Assembly: GCA_020184695.1 (NCBI GenBank)
Contig: JAANOX010000064.1
Span: forward strand, 154,285 to 218,284
DNA length: 64,000 nt
Source of the DNA: Histomonas meleagridis 2922-C6/04-290x
Taxonomy: Eukaryota > Protista > Parabasalia
Reading direction: 5' to 3'
The notes below the pieces were generated by a model. It was not told the DNA's origin. It searched no databases and saw nothing but the letters and a program-made list of their open reading frames with translations. How positions within the stretch are numbered: position 1 is the first letter of the stretch; every line of letters begins with the position of its first letter. Positions 11,001 to 20,375 of this stretch are shown piece by piece. Both the position numbers and the translations under genes were made by a program.

Positions 11001-12118
11001 TGAAGTGAAATTTTGGATTCATTAAATAAACTTAAAAATTTATAGTTATTCCGCTTTAAAAAATGTATAAATAATAAGATTAACGTTATAAAATTAACTT
11101 CAGAACAATTATATTCATTATAATTTATTTTCATTAACATATTAATAAAATGATACATAGCTTTTTTGGATAGTAATTGAGTCAAAATTGTCATCTTCCC
11201 AACCATGTTTTTGGATTCATTTAAATAATATATTAATGTCCCAATGGTTGAAAAGTCATTTTTATGATTTGCTCCAAATGGAAATTCGACTGCGTCTAAC
11301 GGTTGCTTGCCGATCATTTCGAATACAAATTGGACGAAATTCGGAAATTCAATTGAACTGATTCTGATGAATTCAATGCATAACCCTAAAATTGGAAATA
11401 CTAATGAATCATTTGGATTTCTCCCGTATATCTGTTTAAGAACTTGATATATGTTTAAAAGCTCTTGGTTTATTGGGAAATTTATTTTGTTTTTGTGGGA
11501 TTGTGCAAAATGTAATACACATAAAATATGAAGATTGGCATTAACTTGGGTTGAACTATCAGACATGTACGAAAAAAGAAGCAATTCGCATATTGTAAGA
11601 TGTTGTGGATAAAAATAATCTGGAAGATCACCAAAAAGAACAACTAAAGAATGTAATTCCGAAATTATTTCTTGAATTTGAGAATACTTGGCGGCTTCCT
11701 TGTAGACTTTATAAAATAATTTAATGAATAAATCTTGATATTGGATATCTAAAAATTTATATGCATGATTTAATGCCTTTAAAAAAATGTTCCATATTTC
11801 TGGTTCCTCGCTAAGAACATTTGTATGGAGAAATGAAAAGAAATTTTGTAATAAAAATATTCCTAATTGATTTCTTAAAAATTCTGAATTAGGCATGGGA
11901 AGATTTTCTAGCTCTGGAACAACACGCTTTAAGACACGACAGCTGCTATTGAAATCTTTTCTGTGATCTAAATTTTTATTTTGAATTATTGAAAATTTTG
12001 TTTCTGGACGAAAAGATATATCAGAAAGACATTCTTTAGATAAAGGAAGTTTAAATATTTTTGTTTTTTCTATTTCTTTGATTTTAACAATAAGTTTTTC
12101 TTCTTCTTTTGATTCCAT
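5060..12118 (-). CDS. BEACH-domain protein (PH-BEACH-WD40)
   Basis: 2352-aa ORF with BEACH motifs (QRWRHRQLSNFDYLMWLNLLSGRSF..YPVFP, YLVRLEPFT..LQDGKFD, PEFYF, WIDMIWG) and C-terminal WD40 repeats. Confidence 0.92.
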   Translation of the reverse strand: MESKEEEKLIVKIKEIEKTKIFKLPLSKECLSDISFRPETKFSIIQNKNLDHRKDFNSSCRVLKRVVPELENLPMPNSEFLRNQLGIFLLQNFFSFLHTNVLSEEPEIWNIFLKALNHAYKFLDIQYQDLFIKLFYKVYKEAAKYSQIQEIISELHSLVVLFGDLPDYFYPQHLTICELLLFSYMSDSSTQVNANLHILCVLHFAQSHKNKINFPINQELLNIYQVLKQIYGRNPNDSLVFPILGLCIEFIRISSIEFPNFVQFVFEMIGKQPLDAVEFPFGANHKNDFSTIGTLIYYLNESKNMVGKMTILTQLLSKKAMYHFINMLMKINYNEYNCSEVNFITLILLFIHFLKRNNYKFLSLFNESKISLQDFIINPKIFNPEINFIEAKRTGKLSILIPIRVLIFKLISSYSSIEEVSNIFVEYFNNSNIIFANEIIHYIYLNISPFETPFITQLSSCITSKLNNENSEYFIEFLQKINYLLENHHELCKYLSENKKFIKKLKVLLKNENCYKHIINIYLNLLNQYKNDFDTFSKSLIINYFFYNIIKKENDLYYHMIQIFTIYIKYLTIDFKINFANNYLLILTKKFEENPQNQNQFIKFFKCFMNPKVSNFIKIDWETLSNGILANELNEKAYKYLITIISNNHPKNIRIKSKFTYEISKILFRTKYKINFLRLLKDITENSITECFKLFHFNFHFLVLKEIGLTNNNEESIELLLNIFSNITINICDRKTLFKYLRYLNPNKYNHLKNYYHLMYKYLDKMIMVQEKKTDTFLLLSTEFDYILIPGISFKEHSNGIAFSLWFLISNFLNESEYITLVNLQSKQSDILIRIFQEFIEIKSTTNIFHTIIINNKVPTNQWNNLYIEFNPVNYLKVLLNTNEIYEQKLTKSSLINEIDKIYIYKDTEKNFEMIDMLFGQISFYSLPVQKNLAKQIYETPLKSFIRLLNDSKIISLYTTRLKKQNTLYYIQGQPSEFNGIMFKFVNRFERVFEVSKGISYLVSLFSFINLNDLNFFEILYNFLMNILIRNKKFLQEIDLIDAFSIIDFFLNMNPNLLTKKNWKIIFSYDNEFKELKNYRDHLIFNSGLWEKSDVKTIPIILNDWKSLVNETNNINELNNVYMNVIQLFNSCILNKKIDINVLNGFKNILKSILELNNEENNILLLFKLVETDNINYESICTILEVLNSLNTKNEITKHIIVTHDFLYTEDPMILCIIIEKFIAIEEKYINKFLIFFVQLIENYSNEFLVDLTKYLCNFHSCKCLSILIISSYKLNEEDSKCAYDFIKESFTMPEFNECIKSITFVYFLSFIILFKWNDLINYLDEVLLNNFEFLNKFLSCIDIISILKKYNNRTLVNNLIVDLIVQIGKLNDIKLVNKFINLICSYYLYNYHLSFYDNEEEENDDELDVFQFIKFNKIDIKPKYGLHIYDNKWQDTKSAFQLLQLHTLYISNKSLSYLSFFIISSFLYDTMKKDIINLINYIIKKVKNTEKYLPIIYAKTLNKNNLATNVEISVQLFEEFYKTLNKFELEIPRIEILTTKFWGKLSFISKQNEHKRSWQRLYFSLAYDRSPFYENKTKPYFKRGNQYDFRFRPILEVRNHHFDNHLKESLKRNSNNRTTLQEIEQLQPNLIIDKIEKKHEPLPTLNTSQIIWSDECNRIVLIPKKRTNGIFNVISKGYMYLTKNKCVFIKNTKVQYLFWCWYQQMPQSIQIFTTDKKCYLFQFPNQKSHKFISNLKKIQLPNKIFFQENPSHIEIENLKLTQRWRHRQLSNFDYLMWLNLLSGRSFLDGRIYPVFPILIISDEEEIDFESAENYRDLSKNILWQNKSSVQELSRQTLFSGNSYIFSALYTNVFSIGLYLVRLEPFTTLHVTLQDGKFDLPMRMFFSIPGNISSILRFGKAVKEYTPEFYFDCEFLINSNEFDLGKDIEQKSISDVRLSKYSKTPMEQIYNHIIALESNYVRNNLNYWIDMIWGIKQYSVEDMNTYPPQIYPNVWSENGIGKEDPEMTVEYLNTIGIVPQQLFFSHHINSLPTNDVNEQRIIFLQNIHSVVVDFKVFSNTYEDIKVYTVLQNSKLFCIRSTASYFQVNFQNSKKLDIFPKENNKIAYLLETSFAFTVENSLYLRVFDDVSCSIIVSYNTPHLSGIVCIKAFGNYVISGGSDSCIGLWKFKQKDNKIVLVNSLMAHHDAILCCDTSVDYGIGVTCSKDNSMVISLLPQLNLLRVVSLNFKKNVYAKNVIICHCLGTIVVFGEGEDDRCYIKNFTINGRPITEIEYDKRVVDATNSWDYKQMDYIGLVDEENRIVILNAITLKRKKILWKYDHKILSIKYENEFCRFVVSTEDESIIFVPAMID

Positions 12119-12401
12119 TTTTTACATCTGTATCGTGGCCGATTCAAATTCACGAGTATAAACGGTTCTATATTGAAATCATGACATATCGTTGCTCTTA
12201 TTTTTTGATTGAAATAAATAATTGAGATATTTGATAAGGGTATGGTAGGTAGATAAGAGTGTGTTTGTCCGAGCATTGAATTTCCTATCGGCTCATACAA
12301 AATACCACTTTTTAAGAGATCAAAAATTCTAAAACAAAGATTGAATAATTTATTTATGTGAAACATTTTTGATAGATTTTGAAGTGAAAGATTTTGACTT
12401 C

Positions 12402-14570
12402 TTACAAGAAAAAAGTATTAGTTGGGGGTTCAATTTCGTCTGTATCTTCATTAGGTTTTTCATCTGTTGTATTAGGAATATTTTTCTGATGTCTATGGAA
12501 ACGAATCAAAACTACTACTAATGAAATGAGTAGAATTATTGCAACACTACCACAAATTAAACCAATTAATATTGGTTTTGATAAAGTTTTAGATTTATTG
12601 GAATAATCATTTGTAACTAAGAAATAACCTGAATAATGAATTAAAGTTGGTAATAAAACAGTTTGATAATTATAATTAATAGAATTTGTAATTATAAATG
12701 TTAAAGTTGAATCATGTTCAGTTAATATTTTGGCGAATGAAATAAAGGAATTTAAAATCGTAAATGATACAGAAATTGTAATAGAATTGGTTGTAAAGTA
12801 TGAGTGTGATATAGATACCCCATAATATGTGAATGTTTGTGATTGTATATTCATAGTGGGATATATATTGTCAATCGTAGAAGTTAATTCTTGAGTTTCT
12901 GATATTGTTTCTACAAATGTATGTTCAATTGTTTCAGATTTTTCATGATCATTATCATCTACTCTATCATTAATAATTAAATTTTGTTTGTTTGGAATAT
13001 CTTCTAATTTCACAGTTCCTCCATAAATAACATTAAGTTTCTTTTCACTTGTAATTTTCAAATTAGGCATTTTATATGATGAAAGAATAATTGTTAGATT
13101 TTTTGATGTTACTTTAATTTCAATTTCTTTGAAATTATTTGATATTATTTTCGTTTCATTTACTTCAATTTCGTCATCTTTTATTTCGATTTGATTTACT
13201 ATACAGTTTTGTATTGTTATTGATTTTCCACATAGAAAAGTTTGCATTATTTTTAATGAATTTGTATCTGTGATTACATTATTTGCATTAAGTATTTCAG
13301 GTGTATTATTTCCAATGAAATTTAATCCTTTCATTTCTAAATCCCATAATGTAATATTTTCTTTCCCCTTAAATCCAATATATAAATTTTGAAGTTTGGT
13401 TGTTGAATGTTTGATTAAATCACTATAATTCGTTATTTGATCATTATTAATCCATAAAGGAGAACCATCTTCAGTTTTTATTTGATAATTTTTTTGTAAT
13501 AAAACCCATGGATCAATGGTTGGAGCTTTTGTTGTAACTTCAGTTGGATACTTTGATAAAAGAATATTAATATCGCTATCTTGAACCATTTTATAAAATT
13601 TATTGAGATTAGCTTCTGTTGAAAATTTATTATATTCTTTAGAACATGTTTTACTGTCATTTTCATAATATGATGAACATATATAGTTCGGGAAACAATC
13701 TACTGCCCAGAATTCATAATCAATGTTTTGTGAAGAATTCCATTTCTTTGAAGTAATGGATACTTGACAATGTGATTCAAAAGAAATTTCTGATATATTT
13801 TCAATTTCTATAACTATTAGTTTCTTTTCAAGATGAATAACTTTGGTTGAAAGTAATTTGTCATCACATTTCACAGAACCTGTAGTGCCTGATGGAAATT
13901 CAATCATAAATTTTGGTACAAGTGAAATTCGAGGATATATTAAGCGATAAGGAACTGGACCTGGTGGAGGATATGCAATGAAATCTTGTGAATTAGATAA
14001 ATTATACCAACCAAGTACTAATTGAGATGTGTAATTATCATAAACACCAAATGCACTTTCAGAAAGAGATGGGGCGAAAAGTTTCATACGATGTCTAACT
14101 TCCTTACTGAATTCACCTTCATCTTGAACAAATGCATCTATAGCACGGTGGGATGGGGAAGATCCTTTGTTAATATTTGAATTCATAATAGCAGTCATAG
14201 CATCTTTATTACAACACTTGGATTGAGGACATGATTTTAAATATGGAAACTCAGGATTTAAAGCTATAATCATACAACCTTTTTGCGCTGCTATTTGTTT
14301 TGATCCTCTATTGTATGTAACTGATGACAATCCAACCAGATTTCGATAAAAGTTTGTACGCCTCTCTACGTCATCTACAGTTTCAGGATTCAATATCCCA
14401 AGATCGCAATTATCTGGATCAGAAGGAGCAATCCAACTCCATCCCGAATTTGCTATATATTGATTTTTCATCATTAAGCAAACTTCCTCTTTTGTTCTAT
14501 TTTGTAACTTTAAAAGCTGTTCAGGAGTATATGGATAAGCAAGATTAAATAAAATTAATATTAAATACAT
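12402..14570 (-). CDS. Type I membrane/surface protein with N-terminal CAP (SCP-like) domain
   Basis: Hydrophobic N-terminus; CAP-like motifs (TNFYRNLVGL, AAQKGC, HRMKLFAP..ESAFG); Ser/Thr-rich stalk; TM helix LIGLICGSVAIILLISLVVVLI; acidic cytosolic tail. Confidence 0.7.
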   Translation of the reverse strand: MYLILILFNLAYPYTPEQLLKLQNRTKEEVCLMMKNQYIANSGWSWIAPSDPDNCDLGILNPETVDDVERRTNFYRNLVGLSSVTYNRGSKQIAAQKGCMIIALNPEFPYLKSCPQSKCCNKDAMTAIMNSNINKGSSPSHRAIDAFVQDEGEFSKEVRHRMKLFAPSLSESAFGVYDNYTSQLVLGWYNLSNSQDFIAYPPPGPVPYRLIYPRISLVPKFMIEFPSGTTGSVKCDDKLLSTKVIHLEKKLIVIEIENISEISFESHCQVSITSKKWNSSQNIDYEFWAVDCFPNYICSSYYENDSKTCSKEYNKFSTEANLNKFYKMVQDSDINILLSKYPTEVTTKAPTIDPWVLLQKNYQIKTEDGSPLWINNDQITNYSDLIKHSTTKLQNLYIGFKGKENITLWDLEMKGLNFIGNNTPEILNANNVITDTNSLKIMQTFLCGKSITIQNCIVNQIEIKDDEIEVNETKIISNNFKEIEIKVTSKNLTIILSSYKMPNLKITSEKKLNVIYGGTVKLEDIPNKQNLIINDRVDDNDHEKSETIEHTFVETISETQELTSTIDNIYPTMNIQSQTFTYYGVSISHSYFTTNSITISVSFTILNSFISFAKILTEHDSTLTFIITNSINYNYQTVLLPTLIHYSGYFLVTNDYSNKSKTLSKPILIGLICGSVAIILLISLVVVLIRFHRHQKNIPNTTDEKPNEDTDEIEPPTNTFFL

Positions 14571-14793
14571 TAATACTGAATTATTGATTTAAACTTTATA
14601 AATTGAGATCAAAGTACCTTTTAAGAAGTACTCAAATTTGAATATTGGAAAACTCGGATTTATGTAGATAGACGCCAGTGTAATGAATTAATTGTACCAA
14701 TCAAATGGTTTTTAGTTAATTTTCTGTTTCTGCCTCCAATTTTATGTCTCAAGAGCCAAATTTATCATTTTCAAAACAAATTAAATACATTTA

Positions 14794-16689
14794 TTAAATA
14801 TCATCGTCAACTTCCAGATCGAGATTTGTTTCCAATCTTTCTACCTCATTTACTCTTGTGAGTTGCCGTGTCACTCCTTTGCTTTCACTCGCCAATTTAT
14901 CAAATGTGTCCAAGTGTTTCCTGAGAGATTCAACAATAGCTTTCTTGACCGTATCGCGAAGCTCTGGCGTCATTTCCTGCGGACCGTGGTTAGCATTCGG
15001 GTCTTCTTTGTCCCGTCCTTTCCTTCGCGTGTATCGATGCTTGATTCGAGCTCGATGTCGTGGAGTATTAGATTCATCGTTTTCATTTGGTTTGTGTTCT
15101 TTAGGCGCCATGAACTCAGGAATCGTTTGGTTATATTCATTGGAACATGAATTAACGATTTCGGGGATTTCGTCAAGCATTGATGAGATTTGTACATATG
15201 CTAATGAATACGTTAAATTGGTCTGTGGTGGCTCAGTTTGAGGCTCTCTTAAAATTTCATTTAGTTTTTGAAGTAATTCGCGCTTAGTTTCGCCATCATC
15301 GATTTTCATGATTAATTCGGAGATCGATTCAACTTTCATATCCCAAAACCTGTTGAAACCTGTGATGCCAAGAATGTCAAAACAACGCTCTGTGAGATCA
15401 AATAAGCTTTCATAGAGACTTGGAGTATATTTAAGATTCCATTTGGAATTTGCTTCTTCAAATGCAGGTGCTCTATCATCAACAAGGACATCTCCATCTA
15501 TTTGTTCTTCATTTGTTTTAGAATTTCCTTTAACAACTTTTTCAATTCTATCAAAAATACAAGATATTATTTCTTCGACACATCTATTCCTTTCACTTTC
15601 ATGTAATGACTTATCAATGGTTGCTCTAAATTCGGAAAGATTTGGAGCTGATACATCACATCTCCCATGAAGGGAGACCGTTAAAGGTAGATCGGTTTCG
15701 GCAGTTGGGGTGGTCCGCATTATCCACTTTTCTGTAAAACAACCGGCGATGTTAGATTTGAATGCGAACTCGAACCTTTTGGAATTGCCAGGAAGAATAG
15801 AGCCACTCCGCTGAACAAAAGAGAACTCAGACGGAGAAGGGTCTTTTAGGCCTTTAGCAACAATAAAAGATTCAGAATCTCTCCAATTAAAATTATCAAT
15901 ATCTTCAACAGGTTTCCGAATTGGAACACGAGATGAACCTGAGCCAAGTAAAAGTGTTACGTCTTTTGCTTTTTCCCATTTGTAATAAACAGCAGTAGTT
16001 CCGGTGTTTTTAACATCAACAAACATCGATTTTGCAATTCCGGGTTCTGTTGTGAAAAAAAGTCGATTTTTGTTAATTGATAGTCGTACAACGCTTTGTA
16101 TTGACTCTTCGTTTTCTGTAGTTATCTCTTCTTCTGGAATTTCTTCATGTTCATCTTCTGGTGGATTTACATTTTCAAATTGTGATAAATCAATAGGTTG
16201 ACCAACAACAATAAGACCATTAAAATCCGGATTATGTGGCTTAATTTTGCCCAGAAATGATTTAAGCTGTTTGACACGCTTTTTGTAGTATTTCGATTTG
16301 AAAAAATCTGTCGGTCTTGAACCAGGAACATCTTCCATGATTGTAGGATCGCCTATAGCTTCATATGTGACTGGATGCGGTTTCTCTGGCTGTGCAAAAA
16401 GGTCACCAATTCGTGGAATTGGTTTCCATACACCAGAATCTTTCGTTGATAAAATATTAACAACTTGAGAAATTAAAGCTCTCTCTTCATTGACTCTTCT
16501 AAATTTTTCATCACTAAACATTGATAATGTTGATGGGTCTCTATTTGTTAATTCGGCTAATCTTTGAGCTTGCTCTTTCCAATGTTTTTGAACTTTTTCA
16601 TGATACTTCATTGCCCTTTCTTCGCGCGTTGCTTCAAATGGTTTGTATTCTTGTAAACGTCGTTGGCGATTTGGATCTTTTGTTCTCAT
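14794..16689 (-). CDS. MYCBPAP: MYCBP-associated protein family (flagellar/ASH-domain protein)
   Basis: ASH/Ig-like segment KNTGTTAVYYKW...GSILPG..RFEFAFKSNIAGCFTEKW.MRTTP, typical of MYCBPAP homologues. Confidence 0.7.
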   Translation of the reverse strand: MRTKDPNRQRRLQEYKPFEATREERAMKYHEKVQKHWKEQAQRLAELTNRDPSTLSMFSDEKFRRVNEERALISQVVNILSTKDSGVWKPIPRIGDLFAQPEKPHPVTYEAIGDPTIMEDVPGSRPTDFFKSKYYKKRVKQLKSFLGKIKPHNPDFNGLIVVGQPIDLSQFENVNPPEDEHEEIPEEEITTENEESIQSVVRLSINKNRLFFTTEPGIAKSMFVDVKNTGTTAVYYKWEKAKDVTLLLGSGSSRVPIRKPVEDIDNFNWRDSESFIVAKGLKDPSPSEFSFVQRSGSILPGNSKRFEFAFKSNIAGCFTEKWIMRTTPTAETDLPLTVSLHGRCDVSAPNLSEFRATIDKSLHESERNRCVEEIISCIFDRIEKVVKGNSKTNEEQIDGDVLVDDRAPAFEEANSKWNLKYTPSLYESLFDLTERCFDILGITGFNRFWDMKVESISELIMKIDDGETKRELLQKLNEILREPQTEPPQTNLTYSLAYVQISSMLDEIPEIVNSCSNEYNQTIPEFMAPKEHKPNENDESNTPRHRARIKHRYTRRKGRDKEDPNANHGPQEMTPELRDTVKKAIVESLRKHLDTFDKLASESKGVTRQLTRVNEVERLETNLDLEVDDDI

Positions 16690-16979
16690 AAAGTATCAAT
16701 TAAAATAACGTAAAAACGGTTTATAAGAACTAATAATGAAAAAGTCGATTTTTGAATGAAAAACGATAATATTATCGTTCAAAATCGTAATGAAGAAAAC
16801 AAAAACGATTTCGTTCTTATCTGCATGTTTCTGCTTATTTATTTCCTTAAAATTAGATAAATTACTCGAATTATTTCCAAGCAAATGTTAACATTTAAGT
16901 AATTATTCATAATAATTCATTATCAATTTCAATCAGATATCAAAAAATTTGATAACAAAAAAAGTCAAAAAGCGGTCGT

Positions 16980-17528
16980 TTAGAAGCCGCAAACTGTTGG
17001 ACGCTTTGTGGAGAGGATCTTCTTTTGTGAAGCGTGAGCTGGACGGATTTGTCTCTTAAGGATTGGGAACTTAACGCTAGGGTTAAGGAACATACGAAGG
17101 TTGTGATGAACAACATCTTCATCTTTGATTTCGCTAACACGAATGATTGAGATGTTCTTAGCTTGAACGTTATGAGTTCCAGCCATTTCCTGGTAGAGGC
17201 GGAGAACAGCTCCTTCTGTTGTTGTGTCACGGAATTCCTTATAAATGTTGTTGATTGAATTTGTAGCACGATAAGTTAACCAAATTCCATAGTTCTTGAC
17301 GCGTTCAGGTTCAGGTTCAATGACGTGCTTAACTGCAAGGATTTCACCATGTGCTTTCTTGAGACGAGCAATTCGACGAGCAACACCCCAGAATTTTGAT
17401 TTAGCAATAACTTCGTCAGGAGCAAAAACTTGAACGCGGATAGCAGCTGGGTTTGGAACAGCTTCAGTTGGGAGAGGGCGAGCAATTACCTCGTAATTCT
17501 TGAGCATCTCCAAAAAAGGAAGGGCCAT
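16980..17528 (-). CDS. RPL18A: 60S ribosomal protein L18a (eL20)
   Basis: FAPDEVIAKSKFW, VKNYGIWL.Y....N.YKEFRD, LYQEMAGTH; codon bias of a highly expressed gene. Confidence 0.96.
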   Translation of the reverse strand: MALPFLEMLKNYEVIARPLPTEAVPNPAAIRVQVFAPDEVIAKSKFWGVARRIARLKKAHGEILAVKHVIEPEPERVKNYGIWLTYRATNSINNIYKEFRDTTTEGAVLRLYQEMAGTHNVQAKNISIIRVSEIKDEDVVHHNLRMFLNPSVKFPILKRQIRPAHASQKKILSTKRPTVCGF

Positions 17529-17625
17529 ACCGACATGTTAGTTGAAATAAAAACCACCACAGAGAGAACGTTTGCCTCTCTCAATTTTTTAAAGATATAC
17601 GATCAAATTCTTTTTAATTTGTTTA

Positions 17626-18405
17626 TTATGCTTCTTGAATTTCGTAATGTGCTATATAATCATTGAAATAACGAAAGAGTTGTGCCCACCAAGACATTTC
17701 GTCTGAGACACTCCAATATTCAATATATTTTATGCCCGGACACATACTTTCGATTTCTTTTGGATCATATGTTCCCCACTTAAAACGTGCCGACGTTTTA
17801 GATACAGTATCATGCTTATCACTATGTGCAACAGCAAATGGTGTCATAAGCTCCACTACAAATGATGCGCCTGGGAATTTATTCTTGAGATATTCCAATA
17901 TCTGAACATTTTCTTCACGTGTGAAGTACATTACGGTCCCTTCACACAACAAGATCACTTTTCTTCCATTTGCTTTCACATCATCACACCATGATTGATC
18001 AAATATATTTTTTGGAATCGCATGATGTCTTTCTGTGTCATTAATAAACTTACTTCTAAAATCTATGACTTCAGGTAAATCAAGATCATACCAGTCAAGT
18101 TGACCATTATCTAATCGAAAGAATCTGGTATCAAGTCCACAACCAAGATTCACAACAACGCAATTTGGATTTTCATTTATAAGCTTTTTTAGGCATCGAT
18201 CAATTAGAATTGTTCTTGATTGACAGCCAGCCATAGACATTGCACCTTCGAACTTTGAGAAATCATAGTCAATTTGATTCTTAATCTCCAAAGCTAATGG
18301 ATCTGTAAACCTTATTTCATTTTGAGGCTTTTCTTGCTCGAGTGCCCTCGCTAGAAGAGGTATAAGTAAGGTCTCAGGAACACCAGTTAATTCACACTTC
18401 GACAT
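17626..18405 (-). CDS. SAM-dependent methyltransferase, LCM/TcmP family (prokaryote-like)
   Basis: VPETLLIPLLARALE, VVNLGCGLDTRF.RLDNG, WYDLDLPEVI..R, LLCEGTVMY. Confidence 0.85.
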   Translation of the reverse strand: MSKCELTGVPETLLIPLLARALEQEKPQNEIRFTDPLALEIKNQIDYDFSKFEGAMSMAGCQSRTILIDRCLKKLINENPNCVVVNLGCGLDTRFFRLDNGQLDWYDLDLPEVIDFRSKFINDTERHHAIPKNIFDQSWCDDVKANGRKVILLCEGTVMYFTREENVQILEYLKNKFPGASFVVELMTPFAVAHSDKHDTVSKTSARFKWGTYDPKEIESMCPGIKYIEYWSVSDEMSWWAQLFRYFNDYIAHYEIQEA

Positions 18406-18914
18406 AAGTGAAATGAAGTAAGAATTCTGTTACATCAAAGTTGATTTGTGTACTTTACTCATATCACTTTCGATCGCTACTATGGTTCTATGTTACAAAA
18501 TATACATGTATATTAAATATAAAAGGATATTAGAAATATGGAAATTATTATACTTGCTAAAAGCACAGAAGAAGAAATAGAACTATATTTTTACGCAAAG
18601 CAAATCTCATAATTAATTGTCATCAATCATTTAAAAAGATGTAATTAATAAAAATTTACATGATACAATTTGCTTCATATTAGAATTTTATAGAAACACT
18701 TTTAATATTTACAAATTCTAAATATGAAAATATAAGCTGCTATCGATTACGAGGAATTTTTTAAATAAAAAAATAACTGTAAAACAATGTCTATTCTTTT
18801 AAACATAATAAAATCAGTTCATGCAAATTGATAAAATTAAATTCATCAAAAAAACATTCATTTCTAATGTGGTCTTTTATTTAACAATTAATATTGATTT
18901 TTATTATATTCTGG

Positions 18915-19616
18915 TTAAGATTGAGTTGCTGTTGGATGCATTTTTTCTCTGTTCTGCCAAAAGTTATCTTCTTTTGGTGGCAAAAAATTTGGGCAAAACA
19001 GCATCAAAGAAGTGGAATCGAAAAAATCATTGCCCTTAAAATCGAGCTTGATTTCGTGTACAGACTTAGTAGCAAATAAGTCTTCTACACATGACGAATT
19101 TGGTTGCTTGAGCATTCTGACTTTTTCTTCATATGATTCAAAGGAATTTCCGACAATGATGAGATGTTGTAGCTGAGATTCATCCCAGTTAGCAAGGAGT
19201 AAGTTATGATATAGAAAACGAGGACAATGTGGCATGTAAAATGCAGTATTTGGAGAAAACTTTATAAATCCCTCTAAATCTTCCTCTTCACATTCAAACC
19301 CCATTCTCGTAAGTATAGAACGACAACTTTCACATAAAACAGGATCAAAATATGTGATGTTCTGGATGTTGCATTTTGTAGAAAGTTTTAAAATAAATGA
19401 AGTTTGAAGCCTAGCAGCAGCGCTTTTACATGGATCTCCTATACCTAGGCAACGAATTGAATTTATTCCCTTTTTGTTGAATTCATCACATAATACATCA
19501 AATGCTGGAAATTGATTTACTTCTATTTTGTTAATTTCATCCTCAAGATTTTCAGGTGGGATTGTTAAATAAACAATAGGTATTGGTTTTGATATTCTCT
19601 TTCTTCTCCTTGACAT
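18915..19616 (-). CDS. SRRD: SRR1-domain protein
   Basis: CLGIG..ARLQ, FDPV, FYMPHCP..LYHNLL.ANW, IIVGNSF. ATG placed at 19616 (MSRRRKR). Confidence 0.8.
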   Translation of the reverse strand: MSRRRKRISKPIPIVYLTIPPENLEDEINKIEVNQFPAFDVLCDEFNKKGINSIRCLGIGDPCKSAAARLQTSFILKLSTKCNIQNITYFDPVLCESCRSILTRMGFECEEEDLEGFIKFSPNTAFYMPHCPRFLYHNLLLANWDESQLQHLIIVGNSFESYEEKVRMLKQPNSSCVEDLFATKSVHEIKLDFKGNDFFDSTSLMLFCPNFLPPKEDNFWQNREKMHPTATQS

Positions 19617-19684
19617 TCTTGACCAAAAGAACGTTAAAAAGAAACATCGAAACTTGCTTGAAAAAAGAAAATATAACATTATTT

Positions 19685-20101
19685 TTAGTTACGTTCACCA
19701 CGAATTCTTTGTGCAAGTTGAACATCACGTTCCATAATAGTAACACGATTTGCATGAATTGCACAAAGATTTGTATCTTCAAAGAGACCTACAAGATAAG
19801 CTTCAGAAGCTTCTTGAAGAGCTGCAATTGCTGATGATTGGAAACGAAGATCACCACGGAATCCAGATGCGATTTCACGAACAAGACGTTGGAATGGAAG
19901 CTTCCTAATTAAAAGATCTGTACTCTTTTGATATTTACGGATTTCACGAAGAGCAACTGTACCTGGTCTGAAACGATGTTGCTTCTTAGCACCCTGTGAA
20001 TCAACAACAGGTGTTGACTTACGAGCTGCCTTAGCACCGAGTGATTTACGTGGAGTCTTACCACCAGTAGATTTACGAGCAGTTTGCTTTGTACGAGCCA
20101 T
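19685..20101 (-). CDS. H3: Histone H3 (parabasalid type)
   Basis: [15 protein letters not shown] tail plus histone fold [36 protein letters not shown]. Confidence 0.99.
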   Translation of the reverse strand: MARTKQTARKSTGGKTPRKSLGAKAARKSTPVVDSQGAKKQHRFRPGTVALREIRKYQKSTDLLIRKLPFQRLVREIASGFRGDLRFQSSAIAALQEASEAYLVGLFEDTNLCAIHANRVTIMERDVQLAQRIRGERN

Positions 20102-20375
20102 GAATTTTATAAAAATGAGTTAAAAGATTTTACCGCCAAATTGATTCAAAACGCGCGGGCTTTTTTAGATACAAAATGTCATTTTAGATCACATTAAATT
20201 CAAACTAATTTCAATTCGAAAAACGGTTTACATACAATAACTTTTTTGAATAATATTATTTACTAATAAGCACTCGTAATCATTTTAAAGTAATAACCAT
20301 TGTCTACCAAGAGGTTGCTAATACCAAATATACTTTGAAATTCCACAGAATTAAAATTAAAATAATTTTTATATA

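Noticed and set aside
19620-19685. Histone 3' stem-loop after H3
   Set aside because: None visible; the stop overlaps TAAA as in ordinary polyadenylated trichomonad genes.
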